DNA of 64,000 bases, from IMG/VR virus record IMGVR_UViG_3300045988_183134, positions 32,001 to 96,000 of that record; one strand, 5' to 3'. The notes under the pieces were generated by a model. The model saw only the letters and a program-made list of their open reading frames with translations, had not been told where the DNA came from and did not search any database. The DNA is from a virus. Numbering within the stretch: the stretch's first letter is position 1; each line of letters starts with the position of its first letter. Made by a program: the position numbers and the translations under genes. Positions 25,062 to 34,485 of the stretch are shown one piece after another.

Positions 25062-25634
25062 ATGTACATTCTCATTAAAAACCAGGAAGGCGAAAGCATG
25101 AACTTGCTTTCCCAGAATACCGATTTCAACGCTCTACTGACAGCCATGAAAACTGACATTGAGGCAGAGTACGAAAAGGCAACAGGTTATGCGATTGACC
25201 TTGACGAGGATTCCGGCAGCGATTATGAAGTCGGTATCAACGTTGAGGACAGTGCAGCAGACGGTTTCTGCCTTGCGTCCGGGTATATGTACGGCGCAGA
25301 CAGCAACTTTGACTGGGGCATTTTCAAAGTAAAGTCTCAGAAAAACAATGTCGCAGCGAAACCCTACATTAGCTTGGATATGAACAAGTTCTTTCGGCAG
25401 AAAATGCTGCTGATTGACCTCTCGGCAAAAGTAAAGGACCTCGGCTATGACCATCTGGCCGATGAGCTTTGGGGCGCAATCGGTGTCTTCGACGCTGTAC
25501 AGGATTCAGCTGAAGGAGACGGTGTTTTCACTGCTCCGGAAGCGGATGAAGAAACCGGTCTGTTCCTTGACGATTTTTATAACGACGTTCTGGAAAAGAT
25601 TCTGAACGCCGACAAGAAAAAGGAGGAAAAGTAA
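25062..25634 (+). CDS. hypothetical acidic protein
   Basis: Track ORF. SD AGGAGG 8 nt upstream. Confidence 0.75.
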   Translation: MYILIKNQEGESMNLLSQNTDFNALLTAMKTDIEAEYEKATGYAIDLDEDSGSDYEVGINVEDSAADGFCLASGYMYGADSNFDWGIFKVKSQKNNVAAKPYISLDMNKFFRQKMLLIDLSAKVKDLGYDHLADELWGAIGVFDAVQDSAEGDGVFTAPEADEETGLFLDDFYNDVLEKILNADKKKEEK

Positions 25635-25637
25635 GCC

Positions 25638-26123
25638 ATGAGACTCTACATCCAAGGCGAACACGGTAAGCTCCTAACTTTCACCCCGGAAGAAATCAAG
25701 GAAAAGCTCGGTATTCCATTCGATATCGCTGCTCTTGGCATCGAGGTAGATGATGGCGACACCACCATCAGGGCTCAGTCATACCCCAAATGGGATTATC
25801 AGAACGGGAACCCGCCCATTGACCTCTGTGTCAATGAAATGCAGGTTGGCTCACTGGCTATTCCGACGCCCAACATTCCGGCTCCCGTCATTTATCTTTA
25901 TGATGAACAGGGGCAGGATGAATTGGATTGGTTTGCATGTACCAGCTTTGCACCCCGTGCATCTGGTGACGAAAGTTCTCACGTCGTCTTCTGTGACATG
26001 AGTTTTGGCAATGCGTTTGCTACCACAGACGTTTTTGTGAATCCGCGCAAGGGAATTCCTTTCGTGCAGTGTTCCACTGAGAATCAACTTTCTGATTTCA
26101 GGAAAGCTGATTCCCATGAATAA
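25638..26123 (+). CDS. hypothetical protein
   Basis: Track ORF. SD AAGGAGG upstream. Terminator at 26142-26180. Confidence 0.75.
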   Translation: MRLYIQGEHGKLLTFTPEEIKEKLGIPFDIAALGIEVDDGDTTIRAQSYPKWDYQNGNPPIDLCVNEMQVGSLAIPTPNIPAPVIYLYDEQGQDELDWFACTSFAPRASGDESSHVVFCDMSFGNAFATTDVFVNPRKGIPFVQCSTENQLSDFRKADSHE

Positions 26124-26141
26124 TATCTGACTCGTATCTTT

Positions 26142-26180
26142 GCGGTCGTTCCTTTTGGAGCGACCGCTTTTTTGTTTTTT
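26142..26180 (+). terminator. rho-independent terminator
   Basis: GCGGTCGTTCC-tttt-GGAGCGACCGC followed by TTTTTTGTTTTTT. Confidence 0.8.
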
Positions 26181-26187
26181 AGTTTTG

Positions 26188-26215
26188 TTGCACAAATGTG
26201 CGACTCTCTTAAAAT
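26188..26215 (+). promoter_or_regulatory. promoter of the TGCGAA-spacer class (no leader module)
   Basis: TTGCAC-aaatg-TGCGAC-tctct-TAAAAT, then directly SD GGGAGGTG. Confidence 0.65.
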
Positions 26216-26236
26216 AGAAATTAGGGAGGTGCTGTT

Positions 26237-26533
26237 TTGAAAATTCAGAGAATCGTGCCTGCAACTGCTCATTCTATGAAGGATGCTTTGCCACTTGGCA
26301 CTATCCTGACGGTGAAAAATGTTGCAGACCAGAAATATATTGTAGTGGGTTACGATACCAGTGCTGTTCCACACAACTACTACGCGGTTCCCTGGCCGCA
26401 GGGGTACATGGGCGAAGAAAACATGTACCTGGTAGGATTTGATGATATTGCGAAAGTTCTGTGTCGCGGCGGAATCAATGAGGAATCCAGAGTTTTCTTG
26501 CAGGCACTGGATGATGTGTTGAACGGGAGGTGA
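26237..26533 (+). CDS. DUF4176-like protein (TTG start)
   Basis: LPLGTILTVKN...YIVVGYD...YYAVPWPQGYMGEENMYLVGFDDIAKVLCRG resembles the DUF4176 pattern. Confidence 0.45.
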   Translation: MKIQRIVPATAHSMKDALPLGTILTVKNVADQKYIVVGYDTSAVPHNYYAVPWPQGYMGEENMYLVGFDDIAKVLCRGGINEESRVFLQALDDVLNGR

Positions 26534-26537
26534 CACG

Positions 26538-26753
26538 GTGACGGTAAAAGAGCTGAAGCATATGCTTGAGAACGCGGACGACAATGCTATCGTCGTTGTG
26601 CGAAATAACTGGGCTCCGGCGGAATTCCTGAATACCTCTGCTCGGAAGATGGTGCTTGTGAAAGCAAATGGCAAGCTCATGACGCCGAAACGGGCCGAGG
26701 CGAGCGGGTATATCTGCGAAGGCCCTGCTATGTCGGCAATTTTATTCGATTGA
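26538..26753 (+). CDS. hypothetical protein (GTG start)
   Basis: Track ORF. SD GGGAGGTG upstream. Confidence 0.6.
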   Translation: MTVKELKHMLENADDNAIVVVRNNWAPAEFLNTSARKMVLVKANGKLMTPKRAEASGYICEGPAMSAILFD

Positions 26754-26766
26754 GGTGAGAAAAATC

Positions 26767-27096
26767 ATGCCCGATAAAAAAGTGGCCACGCAGGCATCTG
26801 ATGGACCCTGGGAACGCGAAACCATCATCACATTCAATGATGCAGAGAAGAAAGCATCCTACTACACCTGCAACAAAGCTCGTATGGAACAGCTAAAAGA
26901 GCTTGCCAAAGAATACCCTGATGCTGTTAAAATCACGCGGGATGAGGACTGGTGTATGGAGGCAGATATGCCCAAGAAATGGGTCAAAATCAAGCCGCCT
27001 CGCAAGCTGACCGAAGAGCAATATGCGGAACTGGTCAGACGCGGCAAAGAACTTGCAGAGCGGCAGCGACAGGCAAAGAACTTAGTGAAGGAATAA
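26767..27096 (+). CDS. hypothetical protein
   Basis: SD GAGGTG 9 nt before ATG26767 (the track starts at 26755). Confidence 0.65.
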   Translation: MPDKKVATQASDGPWERETIITFNDAEKKASYYTCNKARMEQLKELAKEYPDAVKITRDEDWCMEADMPKKWVKIKPPRKLTEEQYAELVRRGKELAERQRQAKNLVKE

Positions 27097-27130
27097 TCCG
27101 GCTTCATATGCCGGAAGAGGAGGATATAAA

Positions 27131-27748
27131 ATGTATAATTCTTACAGCGCATTGAATCTTTTGGGCGGTATGCTCTACACGGTGATTCTTTTGGTAGTGG
27201 CGTATTTTGTGCTCAAAATCGTCGCCAATTGGAAAATTTTTGAGAAGGCCGGGCAGCCTGGCTGGGCATCCATCGTCCCGTTCTACAGCAACTACATCGA
27301 ATTCAACATTTACTGGGGGAACGGCTGGTTGTTTCTGATTCCGGTCGTGCTGAGCCTTTTGTCTGGCATCCCGCTGCTCGGCAATCTGTTCCTGGTTGTT
27401 GCTCTCATCATCGGTGCTATTACCAACTACAAGAAAGCTGTTGCGTTCGGTGAAGGTATTGGTTTCACGATTGGTCTTTGCCTTCTGAATCCGGTGTTCA
27501 ACATGATTCTTGCTTTCGGCCATTATGAGTATCACGGTATCCCGCAGGATGGCTATTCCTATTCTCAGCTCAAGACCAAATATGAGGAAAAGAAAGCCGA
27601 ACAGCAGAACAACCCCAGTACTGTTCAGTACCAGGCCCCCGAAACTCCCAAAGAGCCGAGCCAAAATGTTCAGTATCAGACTCCGAATGCTCCTGCTGAA
27701 GTCAAGACCCAGCCGACTCAGCAAAATCAAAATCAGGACAATGGCTGA
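27131..27748 (+). CDS. DUF5684-like integral membrane protein with Q/P-rich tail
   Basis: IVANWKIFEKAGQPGWASIVPFYSNY motif and multiple TM segments. Confidence 0.6.
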   Translation: MYNSYSALNLLGGMLYTVILLVVAYFVLKIVANWKIFEKAGQPGWASIVPFYSNYIEFNIYWGNGWLFLIPVVLSLLSGIPLLGNLFLVVALIIGAITNYKKAVAFGEGIGFTIGLCLLNPVFNMILAFGHYEYHGIPQDGYSYSQLKTKYEEKKAEQQNNPSTVQYQAPETPKEPSQNVQYQTPNAPAEVKTQPTQQNQNQDNG

Positions 27749-27941
27749 TATTATTTGGGTCGTTGTGTTTCTCTGCGTTCTCATCGCGTCCTGCTTTGGA
27801 ATGTACTATTTCCAGGGTGAGAACAAACAAAAATTTGTGTTTTGCTTTTTGCTGGTAGCATTATCTTTTGGAGTTCTTGCGTTTCGACTCCTGGATATTG
27901 CCTACACAATGATAAACGCAGCTGTCAAAGCCGCACAATGA
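27741..27941 (+). CDS. small membrane protein (66 aa)
   Basis: ATG27741 overlaps the upstream stop by 8 nt. Two hydrophobic helices. Confidence 0.5.
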   Translation: MADIIWVVVFLCVLIASCFGMYYFQGENKQKFVFCFLLVALSFGVLAFRLLDIAYTMINAAVKAAQ

Positions 27942-27948
27942 CCTTTTT

Positions 27949-28006
27949 GCAATTCTCAAACTGTTTTTTTGGCAGACCTTCCAACCGAGGGCCTGCCCTT
28001 TTTATT
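27949..28006 (+). terminator. relic of the module: linker plus terminator, no promoter
   Basis: GCAATTCTCAAA, then GGCAGACCTTCC-aaccga-GGGCCTGCC followed by a T-run. Confidence 0.55.
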
Positions 28007-28025
28007 GTTGCCAGGAGGAAAATCT

Positions 28026-28907
28026 ATGAAAATCCGATTCTATACAACCAACAAGGAAGCTATTGTATTCGACCTTGAGGATATTTTGAAGCAGCTCAAC
28101 ATTGAAGAGCAGGTAGCCACTGTCGGTCTTGTCATTGAAAAAGACGAGGCCGAGGTTGAGGCAATCGCTCAGACAATACAAGACGATTATCCGAACATGT
28201 ATCTCCAGGCAAAAGAATACGGACGGAATCTGACCTTGGCTTGTGCGGAGCTTCCGAACCCTACTAACCCAGATATTGTAACCTACCTCTATGCGGGCGA
28301 TGATGCTACGGAAACTGACAGTTGGATTGCGAAAGTGAACAACACAATTCGTGCGCAAGGGGATAACAGTGAACGGCTCATCCATATTGACTCGAATCTC
28401 GCTGCCGTGGTAGAAGCAAACGAAACGGAACAAGGATACTATGCTTCCACCGTGTCGCAGCATGACAAGGCCACAAACGAAATGCTGAGTTTTCGACAGA
28501 TTGCAGAGTCGTTGGAAGCTGTTGGGGATAACTACAAGTACCAGAGCGCAAGCAACATTCTGACTGCAAGAACCAAAGCAGAGCGGAACTATATTGTCCG
28601 GCTTATCAAGATGTATTGCGACGATACTAAATACCTTGCTGGTTCTATGCCGCAAAGTGAGAACCCGTTCTGTGTCCAGAACGTTGACGCTCTGAACCAG
28701 CGCGATGCGCAGTGGTCCGAAATCAAAGAGTATCTTGCACAGGACGAGAATCGCAACAAGCTGGATGTGATTCTTGGCTTCGTGCCGGATGAGGAGAGCG
28801 ACAAGACTCTAATTCTGCGCAGCATTGAAGAAAAAGGGAAGGCCATGTCTGATTCTGAAATCGAAAAAGCATATAATTTGCTGTTTGGTGACTGTAGCAA
28901 TGGATGA
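28026..28907 (+). CDS. hypothetical protein, shares a domain with 46413..46898
   Basis: Shared ELPN.TN....YLYAGDD.TETD...R....D.S.R motif. SD AGGAGG before ATG28026. Confidence 0.75.
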   Translation: MKIRFYTTNKEAIVFDLEDILKQLNIEEQVATVGLVIEKDEAEVEAIAQTIQDDYPNMYLQAKEYGRNLTLACAELPNPTNPDIVTYLYAGDDATETDSWIAKVNNTIRAQGDNSERLIHIDSNLAAVVEANETEQGYYASTVSQHDKATNEMLSFRQIAESLEAVGDNYKYQSASNILTARTKAERNYIVRLIKMYCDDTKYLAGSMPQSENPFCVQNVDALNQRDAQWSEIKEYLAQDENRNKLDVILGFVPDEESDKTLILRSIEEKGKAMSDSEIEKAYNLLFGDCSNG

Positions 28908-28913
28908 ATAATC

Positions 28914-29044
28914 TTGCGCTTTCGTGCGAGACCCGTATAATTTAGCTTGTACGATAGATACCATCTACTAAGCACACTGTGTGCTCGTACAATTCACACT
29001 TCGCTTTAAGGCGGACTTCCCACACCGGGAGGTTCGCCTTTTTG
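28914..29044 (+). promoter_or_regulatory. module copy 5
   Basis: TTGCGC-tttcg-TGCGAG-acccg-TATAAT. Leader TTGTACGATAGATACCATCTAC..AGCACActgTGTGCT CGTACAATTCACA. Hairpin GGCGGACTTCCC...GGGAGGTTCGCC followed by T5. Confidence 0.75.
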
Positions 29045-29067
29045 CGTACAAAAAAAGGAGTGTTATA

Positions 29068-29472
29068 ATGGGTAGTATATGGACGGCTCTTGGCAACCGA
29101 CTTGAAACCGCTTGGAAGAGACCTACTAAGCCCAACTCTAAACGCCCGAAAGACGGTGAAATCATCGACGAAGAGAAATCGGTGCGCTGGAACAGGGAAG
29201 AGGTCGTTCGCCGACAGAAAGCCTGGGATGCGGAATGCTCTCGGCTGAAGAAGGCGCAGAATGCAGAAATCGAACACATCTCGGAAGCTATCGAACTTCA
29301 AATTCAGGAAGACATCAAAGCCAAAACGAAACGCAGCATTTCCAAAAAGGCTGCAACCATCCTCTGGCAAAAAGCCTACGACCGTGGCCACGCCTATGGT
29401 TTCGCTGACATCTACTGTGCCATCGAGGACTACGAGGAGCTGGTTGTTGCCGTACTCACAAACGCTCGTTGA
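29068..29472 (+). CDS. hypothetical basic protein
   Basis: SD AAAGGAGTGT before ATG29068, inside track ORF 28981..29472. Confidence 0.7.
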   Translation: MGSIWTALGNRLETAWKRPTKPNSKRPKDGEIIDEEKSVRWNREEVVRRQKAWDAECSRLKKAQNAEIEHISEAIELQIQEDIKAKTKRSISKKAATILWQKAYDRGHAYGFADIYCAIEDYEELVVAVLTNAR

Positions 29473-29488
29473 AAGAAAGGAAAATACC

Positions 29489-30298
29489 ATGAAGCTGAAT
29501 GAATACCTCGCTAAAAATGCCGTCAAGCTGATGATTAAGGGCTCTGGAGAAAAGAATCCTACGCGCCAGACCAATGACCTCGGCATGTACGATTATGTTG
29601 AGAACCTTGAAAGCGTCCTCGGCAAAATGGTCTGGATTTGCGATTATCGCGCAAATGCGGACCCGACCAAAAAGCCGATTCGTAACATCAAACCTACCCC
29701 GGTTGTTGTAACGGACGCAAAAGAAACGAGCAAAACCATCTATTATTCTCCGGTCTATTTTCGGCCGGTAAATCGGGGTAAGATTTCTTCAACCGTCATT
29801 GCCCCATTGGACAACACCGGGTATCGCTGCTGCTCCGGCACTTCCGTCAACATCTTCTACACGAAAGAAGAGTGCGTGAAGTGCTATCGGGAGCAGGTTC
29901 GACAGGCAGACGAGATTTATGAGAAAGAGAAGGCTCGCATCATCAAAGAGTTCGACGCTCGCATGCAGATTCTCAATGATTCTCTCACGCCGTTCAACGA
30001 TGTCCCGCAGAGCGATTACACCGTTGTTGCAAAAATGGATGTTACGAACGATTCTCTCGGATACAATGAGAAAAATCGGCATTTTTATCTCGAGACGACC
30101 CGAACCATGATTCCGACTCGCTATACCATCGAAATGCTCAAGATGCAGGCACTGATTGGCCTGGTGGATGAACTCCGTGCAAACACCACCTGGCAAAAGG
30201 GCGTTCCTTTCCGTATCCTTATCAGAACAACAGTTTTCGTGGATGGTATTGAAGATGTCAGCCAGGCCACAACGGAATCTCAAACCATTACCCTTTGA
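29489..30298 (+). CDS. hypothetical protein
   Basis: SD GAAAGGAAA before ATG29489, inside track ORF 29261..30298. Confidence 0.7.
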   Translation: MKLNEYLAKNAVKLMIKGSGEKNPTRQTNDLGMYDYVENLESVLGKMVWICDYRANADPTKKPIRNIKPTPVVVTDAKETSKTIYYSPVYFRPVNRGKISSTVIAPLDNTGYRCCSGTSVNIFYTKEECVKCYREQVRQADEIYEKEKARIIKEFDARMQILNDSLTPFNDVPQSDYTVVAKMDVTNDSLGYNEKNRHFYLETTRTMIPTRYTIEMLKMQALIGLVDELRANTTWQKGVPFRILIRTTVFVDGIEDVSQATTESQTITL

Positions 30299-30387
30299 TG
30301 AACTATGAAGAGCGCACGCCCCGTCTATAGCCGTAAGGCTTAGGTGGGGAGGTTCACAAAAAACAAAACAATACATATGTGAGGTAA

Positions 30388-32454
<2,067 letters not shown>

Positions 32455-32466
32455 GGAGGTCTCGGA

Positions 32467-32712
32467 ATGTACGACTTTGACCGCATCGTTAAGGCTGCGG
32501 AGTCCTGTGACTTTCACGGCGAATTTGCCTCCGACATCAAGCACTGTGAAAATGCACTTAGCATGGGTGGTCTCATGGCCATCAATGCTGAATGTTGGCT
32601 TGACGTTCTGAACGCAATGCCGGATACCGAAATCGCAGAGTATGTCCGCACCAAGTACAAGCCCGACCTCTTGAATCCGTTCAAGGGTACGTCGCTTTAC
32701 ATCATATCTTAA
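32467..32712 (+). CDS. hypothetical protein, paralog of 18217..18456
   Basis: AECWLDVLNAMPDTEIAEYVRTKYKPDLLNPF versus AECWMNILDALDDNDIKMYVDNEYRPGLLNPF. Confidence 0.7.
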   Translation: MYDFDRIVKAAESCDFHGEFASDIKHCENALSMGGLMAINAECWLDVLNAMPDTEIAEYVRTKYKPDLLNPFKGTSLYIIS

Positions 32713-32740
32713 CCTCTTGCCGCTTGCCCTTTACCGGGTG
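32709..32740 (+). terminator. rho-independent terminator
   Basis: GCCGCTTGCCC-tttacc-GGGTGGGCGGC followed by TTTT. Confidence 0.7.
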
Positions 32741-32766
32741 GGCGGCTTTTGCTAATATGTGCAAAT
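32739..32766 (+). promoter_or_regulatory. promoter of the TGCGAA-spacer class (variant TGCAAA, no leader)
   Basis: TTGCTA-atatg-TGCAAA-tcgcg-TACACT. Confidence 0.5.
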
Positions 32767-32802
32767 CGCGTACACTAAAATAATAGAAAGAAGGTATCAA
32801 TA

Positions 32803-33405
32803 ATGAAATCACATGAAGCTCCTGTTACCGAAAGCATGCAACAATGTATCGACTATATCAAGCAGAATGAAGATGAAATCGCAGAATATGTGAATTCGCT
32901 TTTTCTTGCTCAGAAGGATGTAATTAGAGAGCAGCTTTTGGAGAGTTTGGCAGCAATGCTGAACCCCATTCCCACTCATTATGAATGGCGCAGCAATGAT
33001 TGCCCGTATGATTATTCTGGTGAATTGTACGAAGATGGAAAGGTATCTTTGGAGCAGACTGTTAGTGAATTTCTCGAGAGCGAATATACTGGTGCAAGCC
33101 GCGCAACCTATGTATCTCACTATGGTCTATCATATAACACATATGGGGATAGCCTCTCGGACGACACCCTTGAGATTGGCTGCTCCATTATGACCGATGG
33201 AATTAAAGATTTCGTACAGAGGAATGCAGGGATTCCGTGTGAACGATTCTCCCGTGAAGAATTTTTCGACATCAAAACCGAATGTAACGAATTTGACCCG
33301 ATATACGACGAATGCCGCGCCAGCGATTTCTTTTGGGCTACTGCCGCTGTAGAATTTGCAGGCATTGACAAAATGACTTTGAAAGAAGTTCTCGCCGCAG
33401 TATAA
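32803..33405 (+). CDS. hypothetical acidic protein
   Basis: Track ORF. SD GAAAGAAGG upstream. Terminator at 33417-33450. Confidence 0.7.
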   Translation: MKSHEAPVTESMQQCIDYIKQNEDEIAEYVNSLFLAQKDVIREQLLESLAAMLNPIPTHYEWRSNDCPYDYSGELYEDGKVSLEQTVSEFLESEYTGASRATYVSHYGLSYNTYGDSLSDDTLEIGCSIMTDGIKDFVQRNAGIPCERFSREEFFDIKTECNEFDPIYDECRASDFFWATAAVEFAGIDKMTLKEVLAAV

Positions 33406-33450
33406 ATTGTCACAAAAGCCGTTCACCGTTTGGTGGACGGCTTTTTCTTT

Positions 33451-33478
33451 TTGACATTTTTTGCGATTTCCCGATAAT
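33451..33478 (+). promoter_or_regulatory. promoter of the TGCGAA-spacer class
   Basis: TTGACA-ttttt-TGCGAT-ttccc-GATAAT. No ORF follows for >500 nt. Confidence 0.55.
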
Positions 33479-33684
33479 AGTGGAAACACCCAAAACAACG
33501 TGGAAACGTGACGATGCCTTGGCTAGTATCACCTCAAACTATACGGTAAAAGCTAATCTTACTTCCGGTGATTGGAGCGGCACGGTGTCTTTTGCCTGCA
33601 CCATTTCAGGAAACTAAATATCCGGTCTTCTAAATTGTACGATGTGCCGTATATATTATTTTCGTAAAAACTTGGTATTTTGGG

Positions 33685-33803
33685 TTGACGGCACGTGCGA
33701 TACCCATAGAATAGATAATGTAACAGAGATATCATTGATTTGCCATAGTTCATATACCTCCTGGAAGAAGGACAGATGCCCATATTGGGTTTCTGTCCTT
33801 TTT
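33685..33803 (+). ncRNA. orphan module (promoter, ~85 nt RNA, terminator) with no downstream CDS
   Basis: TTGACG-gcacg-TGCGAT-accca-TAGAAT. Variant leader GTAACAGAGATATCATTG. Hairpin GGACAGATGCCC-atatt-GGGTTTCTGTCC followed by T5. Confidence 0.45.
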
Positions 33804-34163
33804 CTTTTTGAGGATTCCCGCAGATTTTCTGCGTTTTATATAGATTTATCCCACGGAATGTGGACTTCTGGCAGCCGAAGAAAAGGCTGATTATATAGAA
33901 TTGCTATGCTAATCAACATAGCACGCGTACACAGCGTCAATGTGTTTATATAAATGTTCCTGCACGCGAACGCCGCGTTAAGAGCGTATTTATATACCGT
34001 ATAACAATTACAAACCTTTAAGGAGGACATTACCATGATTCGAAACATAATTTAGCGAGTAGACACCATCATTAGCAACCACGAAGCCAAAGCTAAGCAA
34101 TATGCAGTTAGCTATGGTTCATTCGTTCACGGTCTAATTAAGACCTAGCTGAGCAAAGATGGT

Positions 34164-34403
34164 GTGATACTCGCGCTCCTGCTGGAGCAAGTGAAACTGA
34201 CCGAGGCCGCGAAAGCTCTGCTGCTTTTGGCAGTAGTATCAATCGTTGGCGCATTTATTGTGAAGAAAGTCTTCAAAAACTACAGCCACATCAAAGGATT
34301 GGCAGAAAACTTTCTGAAATCAACCGATGTTTTCGGGGCTATCAAAGAGGCAGTTTCTGATATTGCCGATAGCTCCTGCAAAACAGACAACAAAAAAGAA
34401 TAA
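34164..34403 (+). CDS. small membrane protein; probably part of a longer frame 34035..34403 interrupted by two in-frame TAG codons
   Basis: The track ORF starts at GTG with no SD. A perfect SD and ATG sit in-frame at 34020-34037. TAG codons lie at 34053 and 34146. Confidence 0.4.
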   Translation: MILALLLEQVKLTEAAKALLLLAVVSIVGAFIVKKVFKNYSHIKGLAENFLKSTDVFGAIKEAVSDIADSSCKTDNKKE

Positions 34404-34485
34404 TTACATCCCCATATATGGGGCTTACTTGCTGTGGAGATAAATTCGAGAGCAGCACGACAGCCCCACGTTACGGGGTTATATT

